This document shows, piece after piece, positions 18,376-27,953 of a stretch of 32,000 bases of DNA. The DNA comes from Candidatus Pelagibacter ubique HTCC1062 (GTDB lineage: Bacteria; Pseudomonadota; Alphaproteobacteria; Pelagibacterales; Pelagibacteraceae): assembly GCF_000012345.1 (NCBI RefSeq), contig NC_007205.1, positions 150,001 through 182,000 of the forward strand. Direction: 5' to 3'. The notes beneath the pieces are model-generated. The model was not told where the DNA came from. It searched no databases and saw nothing but the letters and a program-made list of their open reading frames with translations. A program made the position numbers and the translations under genes. Every line of letters begins with the position of its first letter. Position 1 is the first letter of the stretch.

Positions 18376-20202
18376 ATGAGTAACAATATTCGAAACATCA
18401 CAATTATCGCTCACGTTGACCATGGTAAAACAACTATGATTGACAATCTAATGAAGCAAAGTGGTTCATTTAGAGAAAATGAAGTTGTAGATGAAAGATT
18501 GATGGACTCTGGGGAGTTGGAAAAAGAAAGAGGAATTACTATTCTAGCTAAACCTGCTTCTATTGATTGGCAAGGTACTAGAGTTAATATTATTGATACA
18601 CCAGGTCACAGAGATTTTGCAGCTGAAGTAGAACGTGTTTTAAGTATGGCTGATGGTGCTTTATTATTAATTGATTCTGCTGAAGGTGTAATGCCACAAA
18701 CAAAATTCGTGTTAGCAAAAGCTCTTAAGCAAGGTTTAAAGCCCATTGTTGTAATTAACAAACTGGATAAAGCTGATCAAAGAGCTAATGAAGTTTTAGA
18801 TGAAACATTTGACTTATTTGTAAGTTTAGATGCAAACGAAGAACAGTTAGATTTTCCAGTTATGTATGCAAGTGGCAGATCTGGATGGGCAGATAAAGAA
18901 GTAGATGGACCAAGAGAAAATTTACACCCATTATTAGATTTAATTATAGAACATGTTAAGCCAGCAGATCTTGATAAAACTAAACCTTTCGCAATGCTAT
19001 CTACTTTATTATACGCAGATAGTTTCTTAGGTAGAAGTTTAGTTGGAAAAATATCTCAAGGAACAGCAAAAGCTAACCAAGCTATTAAAGCAATAAATCT
19101 TAAAGGTGAGAAAGTTGATGAAGGTAGATTAACTAAAATTTTTAGATACGAAGGAACTAAAAAAGTACCCATTGAAGTTGGTGAAGCAGGAGATATTGTT
19201 GTAATTGCAGGTTTAGAAAAAGCTAATGTAGCAGATACAATTTGTGATCTTGAAGTAAACGATCCACTTCCAGCAACTCCAATAGATCCTCCAACAATGT
19301 CTATTACTATAAGTGTGAATAGTTCACCTTTAGCTGGGACAGAAGGTAAAAAATTAACAAGTACTCAAATCAGAGATAGACTGGTTACTGAAGCACAAAA
19401 TAATGTTGGAATTTCTTTTTCTCAAAATGCAAACGTAGATGCTTTTGTAATTAGTGGTCGTGGTGAGCTAATGCTTGAAATTCTACTGACACAAATGAGA
19501 CGTGAAGGTTTTGAAATGACTGTAAGTCCTCCAAAAGTTTTGTACCAAAAAGATGATAATGGTAACAGACTAGAACCAATTGAAGAGATTACTGTTGATG
19601 TAGATGAAGAGTTTTCATCAAAGATTATTGACTCAATGAATAGAAGAAAAGGTAAATTACTTGATCTTAAAGATACAGGAAAAGATAAAAAAAGATTAAT
19701 CTTTCATGCACCAACAAGAGGCTTGATGGGATACACAAGTAGATTTTTAACTTTAACAAAAGGAACTGGTGTAATTAATAGAATCTTCCATGGTTATGGA
19801 AAATTTGAAGGTGAAATGGATGGCAGAAAAAATGGTGCTTTAATTTCAATGGCAAACGGAAAAGCTGTTGCATTTGCAATATTTAACTTGCAGGCAAGAG
19901 GTGAAATGTTTGTAACTCATAATGATCCCGTTTATGAAGGAATGATTGTCGGATTAGCCCCAAAACCAGGTGATATGATTATTAATGTCATGAAAGGTAA
20001 GCAGTTAACGAATATGAGAACTCAAGGAACTGATGAAAATGTTGTACTTACACCAGTAAGACAAATGTCAATTGCTGAACAATTAAGTATGCTAAATACT
20101 GATGAAGCTTTGGAGATTACTCCAAAATCTCTTAGATTAAGAAAAGCTATTCTAAATCCTAATGACAGAAAAAAGAATGAGAAATCTGGAACGCCTCTTT
20201 AA
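18376..20202 (+). CDS. typA: translational GTPase TypA/BipA
   Basis: NITIIAHVDHGKTT (G1), DTPGH (G3), NKLD (G4). 608 aa with EF-G-like domain order. Confidence 0.97.
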   Translation: MSNNIRNITIIAHVDHGKTTMIDNLMKQSGSFRENEVVDERLMDSGELEKERGITILAKPASIDWQGTRVNIIDTPGHRDFAAEVERVLSMADGALLLIDSAEGVMPQTKFVLAKALKQGLKPIVVINKLDKADQRANEVLDETFDLFVSLDANEEQLDFPVMYASGRSGWADKEVDGPRENLHPLLDLIIEHVKPADLDKTKPFAMLSTLLYADSFLGRSLVGKISQGTAKANQAIKAINLKGEKVDEGRLTKIFRYEGTKKVPIEVGEAGDIVVIAGLEKANVADTICDLEVNDPLPATPIDPPTMSITISVNSSPLAGTEGKKLTSTQIRDRLVTEAQNNVGISFSQNANVDAFVISGRGELMLEILLTQMRREGFEMTVSPPKVLYQKDDNGNRLEPIEEITVDVDEEFSSKIIDSMNRRKGKLLDLKDTGKDKKRLIFHAPTRGLMGYTSRFLTLTKGTGVINRIFHGYGKFEGEMDGRKNGALISMANGKAVAFAIFNLQARGEMFVTHNDPVYEGMIVGLAPKPGDMIINVMKGKQLTNMRTQGTDENVVLTPVRQMSIAEQLSMLNTDEALEITPKSLRLRKAILNPNDRKKNEKSGTPL

Positions 20203-20846
20203 TTAAAAGTTTTTCCAACAAGATATAATCCTAAAGCAACCGAAGGTCCTATTCCAAAAGCAAATAATAAAGTTCCAATTCCAACTGTTCCACCTAAATA
20301 CCACCCAATAGACATCACTGTTATTTCAAGAAAAGCTCTTACAGTTGCAATGGGTAAGTTAGTTTTTTTTTGTAAACCAACCATTAGTCCATCTCTTGGT
20401 CCTGCACCTAGGTTTGCAACAAGATAAATCCCCCCACCAAGACCAACCGTAAGTACAGCAATTGTTGCTAAAATTAATTGATTTAAATAATTTTCGGGGG
20501 TTGGTATAAATTTTATGCAGACATCGATCATTAAACCAATAATTATTGCATTTAAAATTGTTCCAATTCCAGGTTTTTGTTTAAGTGGCAACCAAAGAAA
20601 CAAAACTCCAATACTAATTAATACTGTTATTATTCCAATTGAAAGATCAACATTCAATGCAATACCTTGTGCAAGAATAGACCAAGGGGAAGCCCCCGCA
20701 AAAGAAACTATTAATAATCCCTCACCTAGACCAAATAAAACTAATCCAAGACACAAAAAAAAGAAAGTTGAAATTTTTGGTTTAAGATTTAATGGTTTTT
20801 CAGAACTCCAATATACTTTAGGAATATCTTTAATTTTCAAGAACAT
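20199..20846 (-). CDS. integral membrane protein (YczE/COG2364-like, function unknown)
   Basis: About 6 TM segments. GLGEGLLIVSFAGASPWSILAQGIAL resembles the YczE-type N-terminal region as I recall it. Stop codon overlaps the typA stop (TTAA). Confidence 0.6.
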   Translation of the reverse strand: MFLKIKDIPKVYWSSEKPLNLKPKISTFFFLCLGLVLFGLGEGLLIVSFAGASPWSILAQGIALNVDLSIGIITVLISIGVLFLWLPLKQKPGIGTILNAIIIGLMIDVCIKFIPTPENYLNQLILATIAVLTVGLGGGIYLVANLGAGPRDGLMVGLQKKTNLPIATVRAFLEITVMSIGWYLGGTVGIGTLLFAFGIGPSVALGLYLVGKTFN

Positions 20847-20899
20847 ATTTTCAATAAATTACTTCTTTTAAAACTAAAGTCTATTATTGTTACTCCTTT

Positions 20900-21580
20900 A
20901 TGAAAAAATTTTTTATTATAATATTTTTCTTAGCATATTCACTCAGCTCTAATGCTCATATGGCGCATTATAATAAATTTAATAAAATTGAAATGGAGAT
21001 TTTAAAAGATGGTGAAGTTATTGGTTATAATTATTATTTTTTTAAAAAGGATGGAGATAAGACAATAGTTACAAATCAAATTAAATTTACAGTGAAATTA
21101 TTTGGTGCAACAATTTTTGAAGTTGAAGGGTTTGGAGAAGAAAAGTATGTTAAAGATCAATTAATTTCTTTTAATTCTAAAACACTTCAAAATGATAAAA
21201 AAAAATATGTAAATTTAGAATTTAATAAACAAACAAATAAATTTGATATTCAGGGTTCTTCCTATAGTGGTATAGCATCAATAAATAACGTAGTTGGAAA
21301 CTGGTGGAGCCATAAAATTTTACAAACTGATAGTCAAATTAGTCCAATATCAGGTAGCATCAAAGAACAAGTAGTAACCTTTGTTGCTAAAGAAAAAATC
21401 GAACTCTACGGTAAAACTTATGACGTGGATCATTTTAAATTAACCTCAAAAGACATGTCTTTACCAAAAGATAAAAGACTTAATTTTGATATATGGTTTG
21501 ATAAAAAAAATTCATTAATTTTAAAGGTTGCTTATTCTAGATTAGGAAATTGGGAATATAAGGTTAAAAAGTTTGAATAA
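20900..21580 (+). CDS. secreted hypothetical protein, probably beta-rich
   Basis: Signal peptide MKKFFIIIFFLAYSLSSNA|H. Alternating hydrophobic/polar pattern. No motif I can name with confidence. Confidence 0.6.
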   Translation: MKKFFIIIFFLAYSLSSNAHMAHYNKFNKIEMEILKDGEVIGYNYYFFKKDGDKTIVTNQIKFTVKLFGATIFEVEGFGEEKYVKDQLISFNSKTLQNDKKKYVNLEFNKQTNKFDIQGSSYSGIASINNVVGNWWSHKILQTDSQISPISGSIKEQVVTFVAKEKIELYGKTYDVDHFKLTSKDMSLPKDKRLNFDIWFDKKNSLILKVAYSRLGNWEYKVKKFE

Positions 21581-21582
21581 AA

Positions 21583-22554
21583 CTATTTATTTATTTTATT
21601 AAAAAGATCTTGAGCACTTATCCATCCCGACTCTAGTCTAGGTCCAACAAACCAATCCGCACAAACTCCTAGGTTTAAGGAAGAATTCCAATAACTTTTA
21701 ATTCTCAAAGGTTTTGAGTTAGATGAATATTTCCAGCCATGGTTTAATGAAAATAAAACTTTGGTTTTTTTGATACCTGTAAGTTTAAAAAACTGCTCAA
21801 TCATAATCTTTGTGTTTAATTTTTTATTTTCTCGATTTTTATCAATTTTTTTATTTGCCCATGAGTAAGTGCTCTGCAAAGTCCAAAGATCATTTTTACT
21901 TTTAAATCTCATTTTACTATTTTCGTTGCCAGCCCAACCTAAAATTTTATCATTAAAAAAATAACTGCTAACATTAAGTTTACTTTTTTTTGTTGCCATC
22001 ATGACTGTTATATTTGCATCCATTTTTATTTTTTGATTAATAAATGAATGTTTAATATATTTTTTTGAAAGTTTTTTTAATTGAGGAAATGGACAGGTTA
22101 ATATCAATGATTTATATAATTTTTTTGACCCATCAGAAAAATATATTTCCCAAACTTTATTTTTATTAAAAATTTTAATTACTTCACTATTAAAATTGCA
22201 GTTGATATCTTTTAATAGATATTTGCTGATTGCGTTGTTACCTTTTTTTCCAATTATTTTAGTATGTTTTTTGTCTTCTTGCTTATCAGTATTTAAAAAT
22301 AAATGTTTTCCTGGCCATTTCTTAACAATTTTTTTTAAAATTAAACTTTTTATAAATTTTTTAAATTGAATACTTTTTGGTGAAATATACTGAACACCAT
22401 GATCAAAGCTTTCATTCTTATTAAGCTTTTTATTAGACGATCTTCCCCCAACTCCTCTCGCTTTGTCATAAACATCTAATGAATATTTTTTATTAAGAAT
22501 ATTGGCAATTGTTGCGCCAGAAATACCTGAGCCAATAATACAGAAATCCTTCAT
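21583..22554 (-). CDS. NAD/FAD-dependent oxidoreductase (COG3380 / renalase-like amine-oxidase fold)
   Basis: N-terminal dinucleotide fold FCIIGSGISGATIA...DKARGVGGR. FDHGVQY motif. C-terminal GVCADWFVGPRLESGWISAQDL. ATGA overlap with the pmbA stop. Confidence 0.7.
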   Translation of the reverse strand: MKDFCIIGSGISGATIANILNKKYSLDVYDKARGVGGRSSNKKLNKNESFDHGVQYISPKSIQFKKFIKSLILKKIVKKWPGKHLFLNTDKQEDKKHTKIIGKKGNNAISKYLLKDINCNFNSEVIKIFNKNKVWEIYFSDGSKKLYKSLILTCPFPQLKKLSKKYIKHSFINQKIKMDANITVMMATKKSKLNVSSYFFNDKILGWAGNENSKMRFKSKNDLWTLQSTYSWANKKIDKNRENKKLNTKIMIEQFFKLTGIKKTKVLFSLNHGWKYSSNSKPLRIKSYWNSSLNLGVCADWFVGPRLESGWISAQDLFNKINK

Positions 22555-23870
22555 TTACCCGCAACTACCATGCCTTCTATTAACATCGTAGGAGCATTGG
22601 TAGAATATTTAAACTCAAGATCATCAGCCAAAGTAATGTTTTTGAATATATCTTTAAAATTTCCAGCAATAGTTATTTCACTTACTGGATATTTAAATAC
22701 TCCATTTTCAACCATAAACCCAGTGGCACCCACAGAATAATCTCCTGTAACTAAATTGCTTCCATGACCGATTGTTTCTGTAATATATAAAGTTCTTTGA
22801 TTTAATTTTAATAAGTCTTTGTAAGAAATGGAACCTTTTTCAAAATATAAATTACTTGTTCCACCACTTCTACCATTTGACTTAAGATTTAATTTTTTTC
22901 CATTATAGGTATCTACTAAATAATGTTTTAAAACACCTTGATCTACCAACTTTAATTCATCAGTTTTCACTCCTTCAGAGTCAAAATACCTTGACCCTAA
23001 TCCTTTAACTATATTAGGTTTATCAAAAATATTTATTGAAGAGGTAAATATTTCCTCATTAATTTTATCTTTTAAAAAAGATGTGCCTCTTGCAATTGAG
23101 GAAGCAGATATTGCACTTGCAAATGTACTCAATATTCCTTTTGAAATTCTTCTATCAAAGACAATACTAATTTTTTCACTTTCTATTTTTCTTGGATCTA
23201 ATTTTTGTAGTGTTTTTTTTGCTGCCATTTCACCAATTTGACTAGGTTTTAACATATCATTTAAATGACAAGTGCTGGTAAATTCATAATCTCTTTCCAT
23301 TTTATTATTAGAATCTTTTGCTACAGCCACACATGATGCTGAAAAAGAAGAGGATTTATAACCATTTAAAAAACCATCACTGCTAGCTAATATAAAATTT
23401 GATTTTGACTCAGAGAAACCAGTTTCTGTATTAATAATTTCTTTTTTTTGAAATGCAGCCTCTTCTACTTCTTTTAAATATTCAATTTTTTCATCATTCT
23501 CTATATGGTCATCATCATATAAATTTAGATCATTAATTTTATTAGCCAGTAAGTCTTTATCTGGTAATGAATTATATTCATCCTCTGGAGTAATTTTTGT
23601 TGTCTCAATACATCTTTCAACCAATATCTTGATATTTTCTTCAGTAAGATTTGAAGAAGAAATACTTGATTTTTTTTTGCCGATATAAGTTGTAAGACTA
23701 ACCCCTAGGCTATCTGACCGATCAGATTCGTCTAATTTTTTATTTCTAAAATTTACTGTTTCTGAGATGGAGTGCATCACAGCAGCAGTTGAGTCTGTTG
23801 CTCCAAGTTTTTTTGCTAAATCTATACAAAAAGAAGCTGTCTTTTTTAAATAATCTTGATCTTTAACCAT
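22551..23870 (-). CDS. pmbA: metalloprotease PmbA/TldE
   Basis: 439 aa. PmbA/TldD-family C-terminal region (ETIGHGSNLVTGDYSVGATGFMVENG...ITIAGNFKDIF). Lies next to tldD. Confidence 0.85.
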   Translation of the reverse strand: MVKDQDYLKKTASFCIDLAKKLGATDSTAAVMHSISETVNFRNKKLDESDRSDSLGVSLTTYIGKKKSSISSSNLTEENIKILVERCIETTKITPEDEYNSLPDKDLLANKINDLNLYDDDHIENDEKIEYLKEVEEAAFQKKEIINTETGFSESKSNFILASSDGFLNGYKSSSFSASCVAVAKDSNNKMERDYEFTSTCHLNDMLKPSQIGEMAAKKTLQKLDPRKIESEKISIVFDRRISKGILSTFASAISASSIARGTSFLKDKINEEIFTSSINIFDKPNIVKGLGSRYFDSEGVKTDELKLVDQGVLKHYLVDTYNGKKLNLKSNGRSGGTSNLYFEKGSISYKDLLKLNQRTLYITETIGHGSNLVTGDYSVGATGFMVENGVFKYPVSEITIAGNFKDIFKNITLADDLEFKYSTNAPTMLIEGMVVAGK

Positions 23871-23875
23871 ATGAT

Positions 23876-25297
23876 TTATAATTGCGTTCCACCAACAGTC
23901 ATTTTATCAATTAAGATCGATGGTTGTGCCACACCTACTGGAACACCTTGCCCTGCTTTTCCACAAGTTCCAATACCTGGGTCAAGCATCATGTTGTTGC
24001 CAACCAATGAAACCTCCTTTAAAATTGAAGGTCCATCACCAATTAATGTTGCACCTTTAATAGGTGATCCAATTTTACCATTAATAATTTCATAAGCTTC
24101 TGTACAGTTAAATACAAATTTTCCTGAAGTAATATCTACTTGCCCACCACCAAAACTTACTGCAAATATTCCTTTATCAACTGATTTAATCATCTCTTCT
24201 TGAGAATATTTTCCATTTAACATCATGGTATTTCTCATTCTTGGTAGAACAACATGCTTGTAGCTTTCTCGTCTTCCACTACCTGTTGATCTTGTGTTCA
24301 TCAATCTAGCATTTAGTCGATCTTGCATAAAATTTTTTAATATACCATTTTCTATTAAGACAGTTTTTTCAGTAGGTGTCCCTTCATCATCTATTGTTAA
24401 ACTTCCTCTTCTATTATGAAGAGTTCCATCATCAACTATAGTAACACCCTCACTAGCAACTCTTTGACCCATTAAATTATGGAAAGCAGATGTTTTTTTT
24501 CTGTTAAAGTCACCTTCAAGACCATGCCCTATAGCTTCATGAATTAGTATTGCTGGCCAGCCCGATCCTAAAACAACTTTCATTTCTCCTGCTGGTGCAG
24601 GTTTACTTTCAAGATTTACTGAAGCAATTCTAAATGCTTCATCACATACTTTTTTCCAATTATCATCTTTAAGATATTCATCATAAGATTGTCTTCCACC
24701 AATTCCATAAACTCCTGTTTCTTTTTTTCCATCTTTCTCAAGCATGACTGAAACATTAAAACGAATTAAAGGCCTAACATCTGTTAACACTTCACCTCCA
24801 GATCTTATAATTTCTATAGATTTATGCTCACCTGCAAAACTAGCAGTGACTTGTTTTACCATTCCACCTTTAGCTCTTGTATAGTTATTAACTTCTTTTA
24901 AAAGATCCAATTTAGATTGTAGTGATTTTTCTTCTATCGGATTCACATCTTTATAAAATTTTTCATTAGTTTGTGGAATTTCATGATTGTAAATACCTTT
25001 TTGAGATTTTAATGTTGAGCTTAGATTGCTAGCTGATTGTTTTAATGATTTTTTTGAAATTTCATTTGAATGAGAATATGCTACTACTTCACCAGTAACC
25101 GCTCTTAAACCGTATCCTAGATCAGAACTATAACTAGAACTCTTTATTTTATCATCATCAAGTACAATAGATTCGCTTTTAGAGTTTTCTAAGTAAAGCT
25201 CACCATCATCACAACTATTTAATGTTTCTGATATAATGCTCTCAGCATCTTTTCTTGATAAATCTGTTTTAGTAAAAAAATCATTCATACATAACAA
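23876..25297 (-). CDS. tldD: metalloprotease TldD
   Basis: HEAIGHGLEGDF metal-binding motif. GGGQVDITSGKFVF, GxC...GKxGQ C-terminus. The true start may be the ATG at 25288 (MNDFF...). Confidence 0.92.
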   Translation of the reverse strand: MLCMNDFFTKTDLSRKDAESIISETLNSCDDGELYLENSKSESIVLDDDKIKSSSYSSDLGYGLRAVTGEVVAYSHSNEISKKSLKQSASNLSSTLKSQKGIYNHEIPQTNEKFYKDVNPIEEKSLQSKLDLLKEVNNYTRAKGGMVKQVTASFAGEHKSIEIIRSGGEVLTDVRPLIRFNVSVMLEKDGKKETGVYGIGGRQSYDEYLKDDNWKKVCDEAFRIASVNLESKPAPAGEMKVVLGSGWPAILIHEAIGHGLEGDFNRKKTSAFHNLMGQRVASEGVTIVDDGTLHNRRGSLTIDDEGTPTEKTVLIENGILKNFMQDRLNARLMNTRSTGSGRRESYKHVVLPRMRNTMMLNGKYSQEEMIKSVDKGIFAVSFGGGQVDITSGKFVFNCTEAYEIINGKIGSPIKGATLIGDGPSILKEVSLVGNNMMLDPGIGTCGKAGQGVPVGVAQPSILIDKMTVGGTQL

Positions 25298-25398
25298 GTA
25301 ATAGTTATAATTATTTTTTCAATTGTCGTATTTCGCACATATACAATCTATCGGATTCTATATAATTTTAGGAATAAATTAAAAAAAAGGACAATATA

Positions 25399-25761
25399 AT
25401 GAAAAAATTTGATGAATTAATGAACGTTTCTAGCGAGATAAAAAATATTTCAGTTGATGAAGCCAAAGAAAAACTAAATGACCCAAATGTTCAATTTATA
25501 GACGTAAGAGATAAAAATAGTTTTGAGTCAGAAACTATTGGTAATGCTGTAAATTTAGAAAGAGGCTTATTAGAGTTTTATTTAGCTGATGGTAGTCCTT
25601 TAGAAAATGAAATGTTTAAGAAAAATCCTGACAAAGAATATATAGTTTTTTGCGGTCTTGGAGGTCAAAGCACACTTGCAACAAAAACTATGCAGGACAT
25701 GGGAATAAAAAATGTGAAAAATATGACTGGTGGAATGACAGCTTGGAAAGATAAAAAATAG
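25399..25761 (+). CDS. single-domain rhodanese-like sulfurtransferase
   Basis: 120 aa. FIDVRD motif. Active-site loop FCGLGGQS with a candidate catalytic Cys. MTGGMTAWK C-terminus. SD-like AAAGGA upstream. Confidence 0.8.
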   Translation: MKKFDELMNVSSEIKNISVDEAKEKLNDPNVQFIDVRDKNSFESETIGNAVNLERGLLEFYLADGSPLENEMFKKNPDKEYIVFCGLGGQSTLATKTMQDMGIKNVKNMTGGMTAWKDKK

Positions 25762-25764
25762 ATT

Positions 25765-26112
25765 GTGAAAGTTTATTTTAATAATTCATGTAAAATTTGC
25801 CGTGCTGAGATAAATTTGTATAAAAAACAAAATATTAAAGACATAGAATGGGTGGATATTACAAATAATAAATCTGCAGAAATAGAAACTCAAAGAAATG
25901 CTAAAAACCTTTTGCGTAGACTTCATATTAAAGATGGGGAGAAAGTAATTGGAGGGGCAGAAGCTTTTTTATTAGTGTGGAAAAAAATTCCTAAATATAA
26001 GTTTCTTTATAGCTTTTTTAAAACTCCTATAATTTTTACTTTATTTTCATTTTTTTATGAGATTATTGCTTTCTTTTTATTTTTAAAAAATAAAAAACAA
26101 CTTTTAAAATAA
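25765..26112 (+). CDS. thiol-disulfide oxidoreductase DCC family (DUF393)
   Basis: GTG start 3 nt after the rhodanese stop. YFNNSCKICRAEI contains the CxxC of the DCC family. C-terminal hydrophobic segment. Confidence 0.7.
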   Translation: MKVYFNNSCKICRAEINLYKKQNIKDIEWVDITNNKSAEIETQRNAKNLLRRLHIKDGEKVIGGAEAFLLVWKKIPKYKFLYSFFKTPIIFTLFSFFYEIIAFFLFLKNKKQLLK

Positions 26113-26157
26113 GTTTTTAATGTTGAGATGAGGTACTGAATAAAATATATTTTAATT

Positions 26158-26700
26158 ATGAAAGTTTTTATACTATTCGTATTTATATTTAGTTTTGTTT
26201 CTTCTGCTCAGTCATCTCAGAAAGTTATTTTAAATAATCTTTTTGACCAACTTCAAATTATTGATAATTCAAAAAGTGCTGCTCTATTGGAGCAAAAAAT
26301 TTGGTCTGTTTGGAATGAACATCCTAGTGATTTTAAATTAACTGAAAAGTTAGAGTTTGGAACAGAGTTAATGCAATATGGTGATTATAATTATGCATTA
26401 AAAGTTTTTAGTAATATCTTGGAGAATGACCCTAAATGGTCTGAAGCCTGGAATAAAAGAGCAACTGTATATTTTTTAATGAGTCAGTTTAAAAATTCAT
26501 TAAATGATATTGATAAAGTTTTAGATATAGAGCCTAGACACTTTGGGGCTTTATCAGGACAAGCAAGAATTTTCATAAAACTTCAAGAATATGAAAAAGC
26601 TATTAAGAGTATTGAAAGCGCATTAGAATTCTATCCATCATTTAAAAGTCGTGAGCTAATACCTGAAATTGAAAGATTGATTAAGGAAGATAGTATCTAA
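26158..26700 (+). CDS. secreted TPR-repeat protein
   Basis: Signal peptide MKVFILFVFIFSFVSSAQS. TPR-like helices (YNYALKVFSNILENDPKWSEAWNKRATVYFLMSQFKNSLNDIDKVLDIEPRHFGAL...). Confidence 0.65.
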   Translation: MKVFILFVFIFSFVSSAQSSQKVILNNLFDQLQIIDNSKSAALLEQKIWSVWNEHPSDFKLTEKLEFGTELMQYGDYNYALKVFSNILENDPKWSEAWNKRATVYFLMSQFKNSLNDIDKVLDIEPRHFGALSGQARIFIKLQEYEKAIKSIESALEFYPSFKSRELIPEIERLIKEDSI

Positions 26701-26701
26701 T

Positions 26702-27877
26702 TTAATCTTTTTTAGCTCTTTTTCTTGAAATTAACTGTGTTAACGAGTCAACCATTAGATCAGATGCTTTAAATATTTCATTTGATTTGAATTCATGAGA
26801 TAAATTTTTTTCAGGATCTGATTTATCTTCAATGACTATCCCTTCATCAGGAGAATTATTTTTTATATAAATTAATAGCAGCCACTCTTCATCAGGTGCT
26901 TCATCCCATTTGATAAAGATCTCACCAGTTTCAAATCTTTGATCAATGCATCTAAAAATAGACATGTGTCTAGTGATGTGCCGTTTATTTAGTTGAAAAA
27001 CTAAACTACTGGCACTTCTGTAAAAGCTTTCAAGAGAAAGTTCAATTTTCTGCCTCGCAACTTTATAATCTTTCTCTTTTTGAAGTAAAGTATCTCTATC
27101 CTCATCACCTTGGATTTTTACTCCTAAAGCTTCTACTCTCTCTCTAATTTTTTGGTCTCTTATGATTCTATATTTATCTTTTAGTTTCTCTATCCTTGCT
27201 TGAAGACCAGCATAATCATCTCTTTTTTCTTTTAATGAAATCTTTTCAAGTTTTTCTAATTCTTTAATCTCTCTTATTCTAAATTTTTCTATCTGTTTTT
27301 CTAATTGTAATTGTTTTAAAAACTGTTTTTGCCTTTCAGCATGTTCAATTCTAAGTAGTGCTTGCTCCTTACGTAAAAATAATTTTATGTCTCTTGCTCT
27401 TTCCTTTTCAAGTTTAATTTCTTCTTTTAATGCTTTTTCTTTAAGTTTAGTTTGCTCCTGTTCTTCTTTTACTTTTTGTTTTTGAATTTGTAATTTTTCT
27501 TGTTCTTTCTTTTCAATTTCTTCAAGTTGTCTTCTTCTTTTTTCTTCAGCCTTTAAGGTTTTGTATTCAGATATTCTATTGGCAATATTATCAAAAAAAG
27601 CTTGAATATATCTTTCTAAACTAAAATTAATTTTGAAGTTAAATTCTGGCTTTAAAGAATTTTGAAGCTCAACTACTCTTGATATTAAGGTTGCTTTTTT
27701 TTTAGAGTAAGTTTTTTGTTTTTTCTTATTTGTTTTGGTATTTTTGCTTATCTTTTTCTTATTATAAATATTTTTTTTAATTTTTAAATTTTTTTTCTGC
27801 TTTTTATTTGTAGTTTTTTTAACCTTCTTTTTTGCTAAAGGTTTTTTTTTAGCTAAATTTTTTTTTATTTTTTTCAT
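26702..27877 (-). CDS. hypothetical protein: polylysine N-terminal tail, long Glu/Lys coiled coil, unique C-terminal domain
   Basis: 391-aa ORF. Roughly half of residues 1-60 are Lys, residues about 110-280 are heptad-like E/K/Q/L-rich, and the last 110 aa look globular with no motif I recognise. A long uninterrupted ORF is improbable by chance in AT-rich DNA. Confidence 0.6.
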   Translation of the reverse strand: MKKIKKNLAKKKPLAKKKVKKTTNKKQKKNLKIKKNIYNKKKISKNTKTNKKKQKTYSKKKATLISRVVELQNSLKPEFNFKINFSLERYIQAFFDNIANRISEYKTLKAEEKRRRQLEEIEKKEQEKLQIQKQKVKEEQEQTKLKEKALKEEIKLEKERARDIKLFLRKEQALLRIEHAERQKQFLKQLQLEKQIEKFRIREIKELEKLEKISLKEKRDDYAGLQARIEKLKDKYRIIRDQKIRERVEALGVKIQGDEDRDTLLQKEKDYKVARQKIELSLESFYRSASSLVFQLNKRHITRHMSIFRCIDQRFETGEIFIKWDEAPDEEWLLLIYIKNNSPDEGIVIEDKSDPEKNLSHEFKSNEIFKASDLMVDSLTQLISRKRAKKD

Positions 27878-27953
27878 ACTTTAAGAAAATTAGATTTATC
27901 AATTAATTACTAATAAATATAGTCTCTTGTTTCTATATTATTGAAAATCTTAT

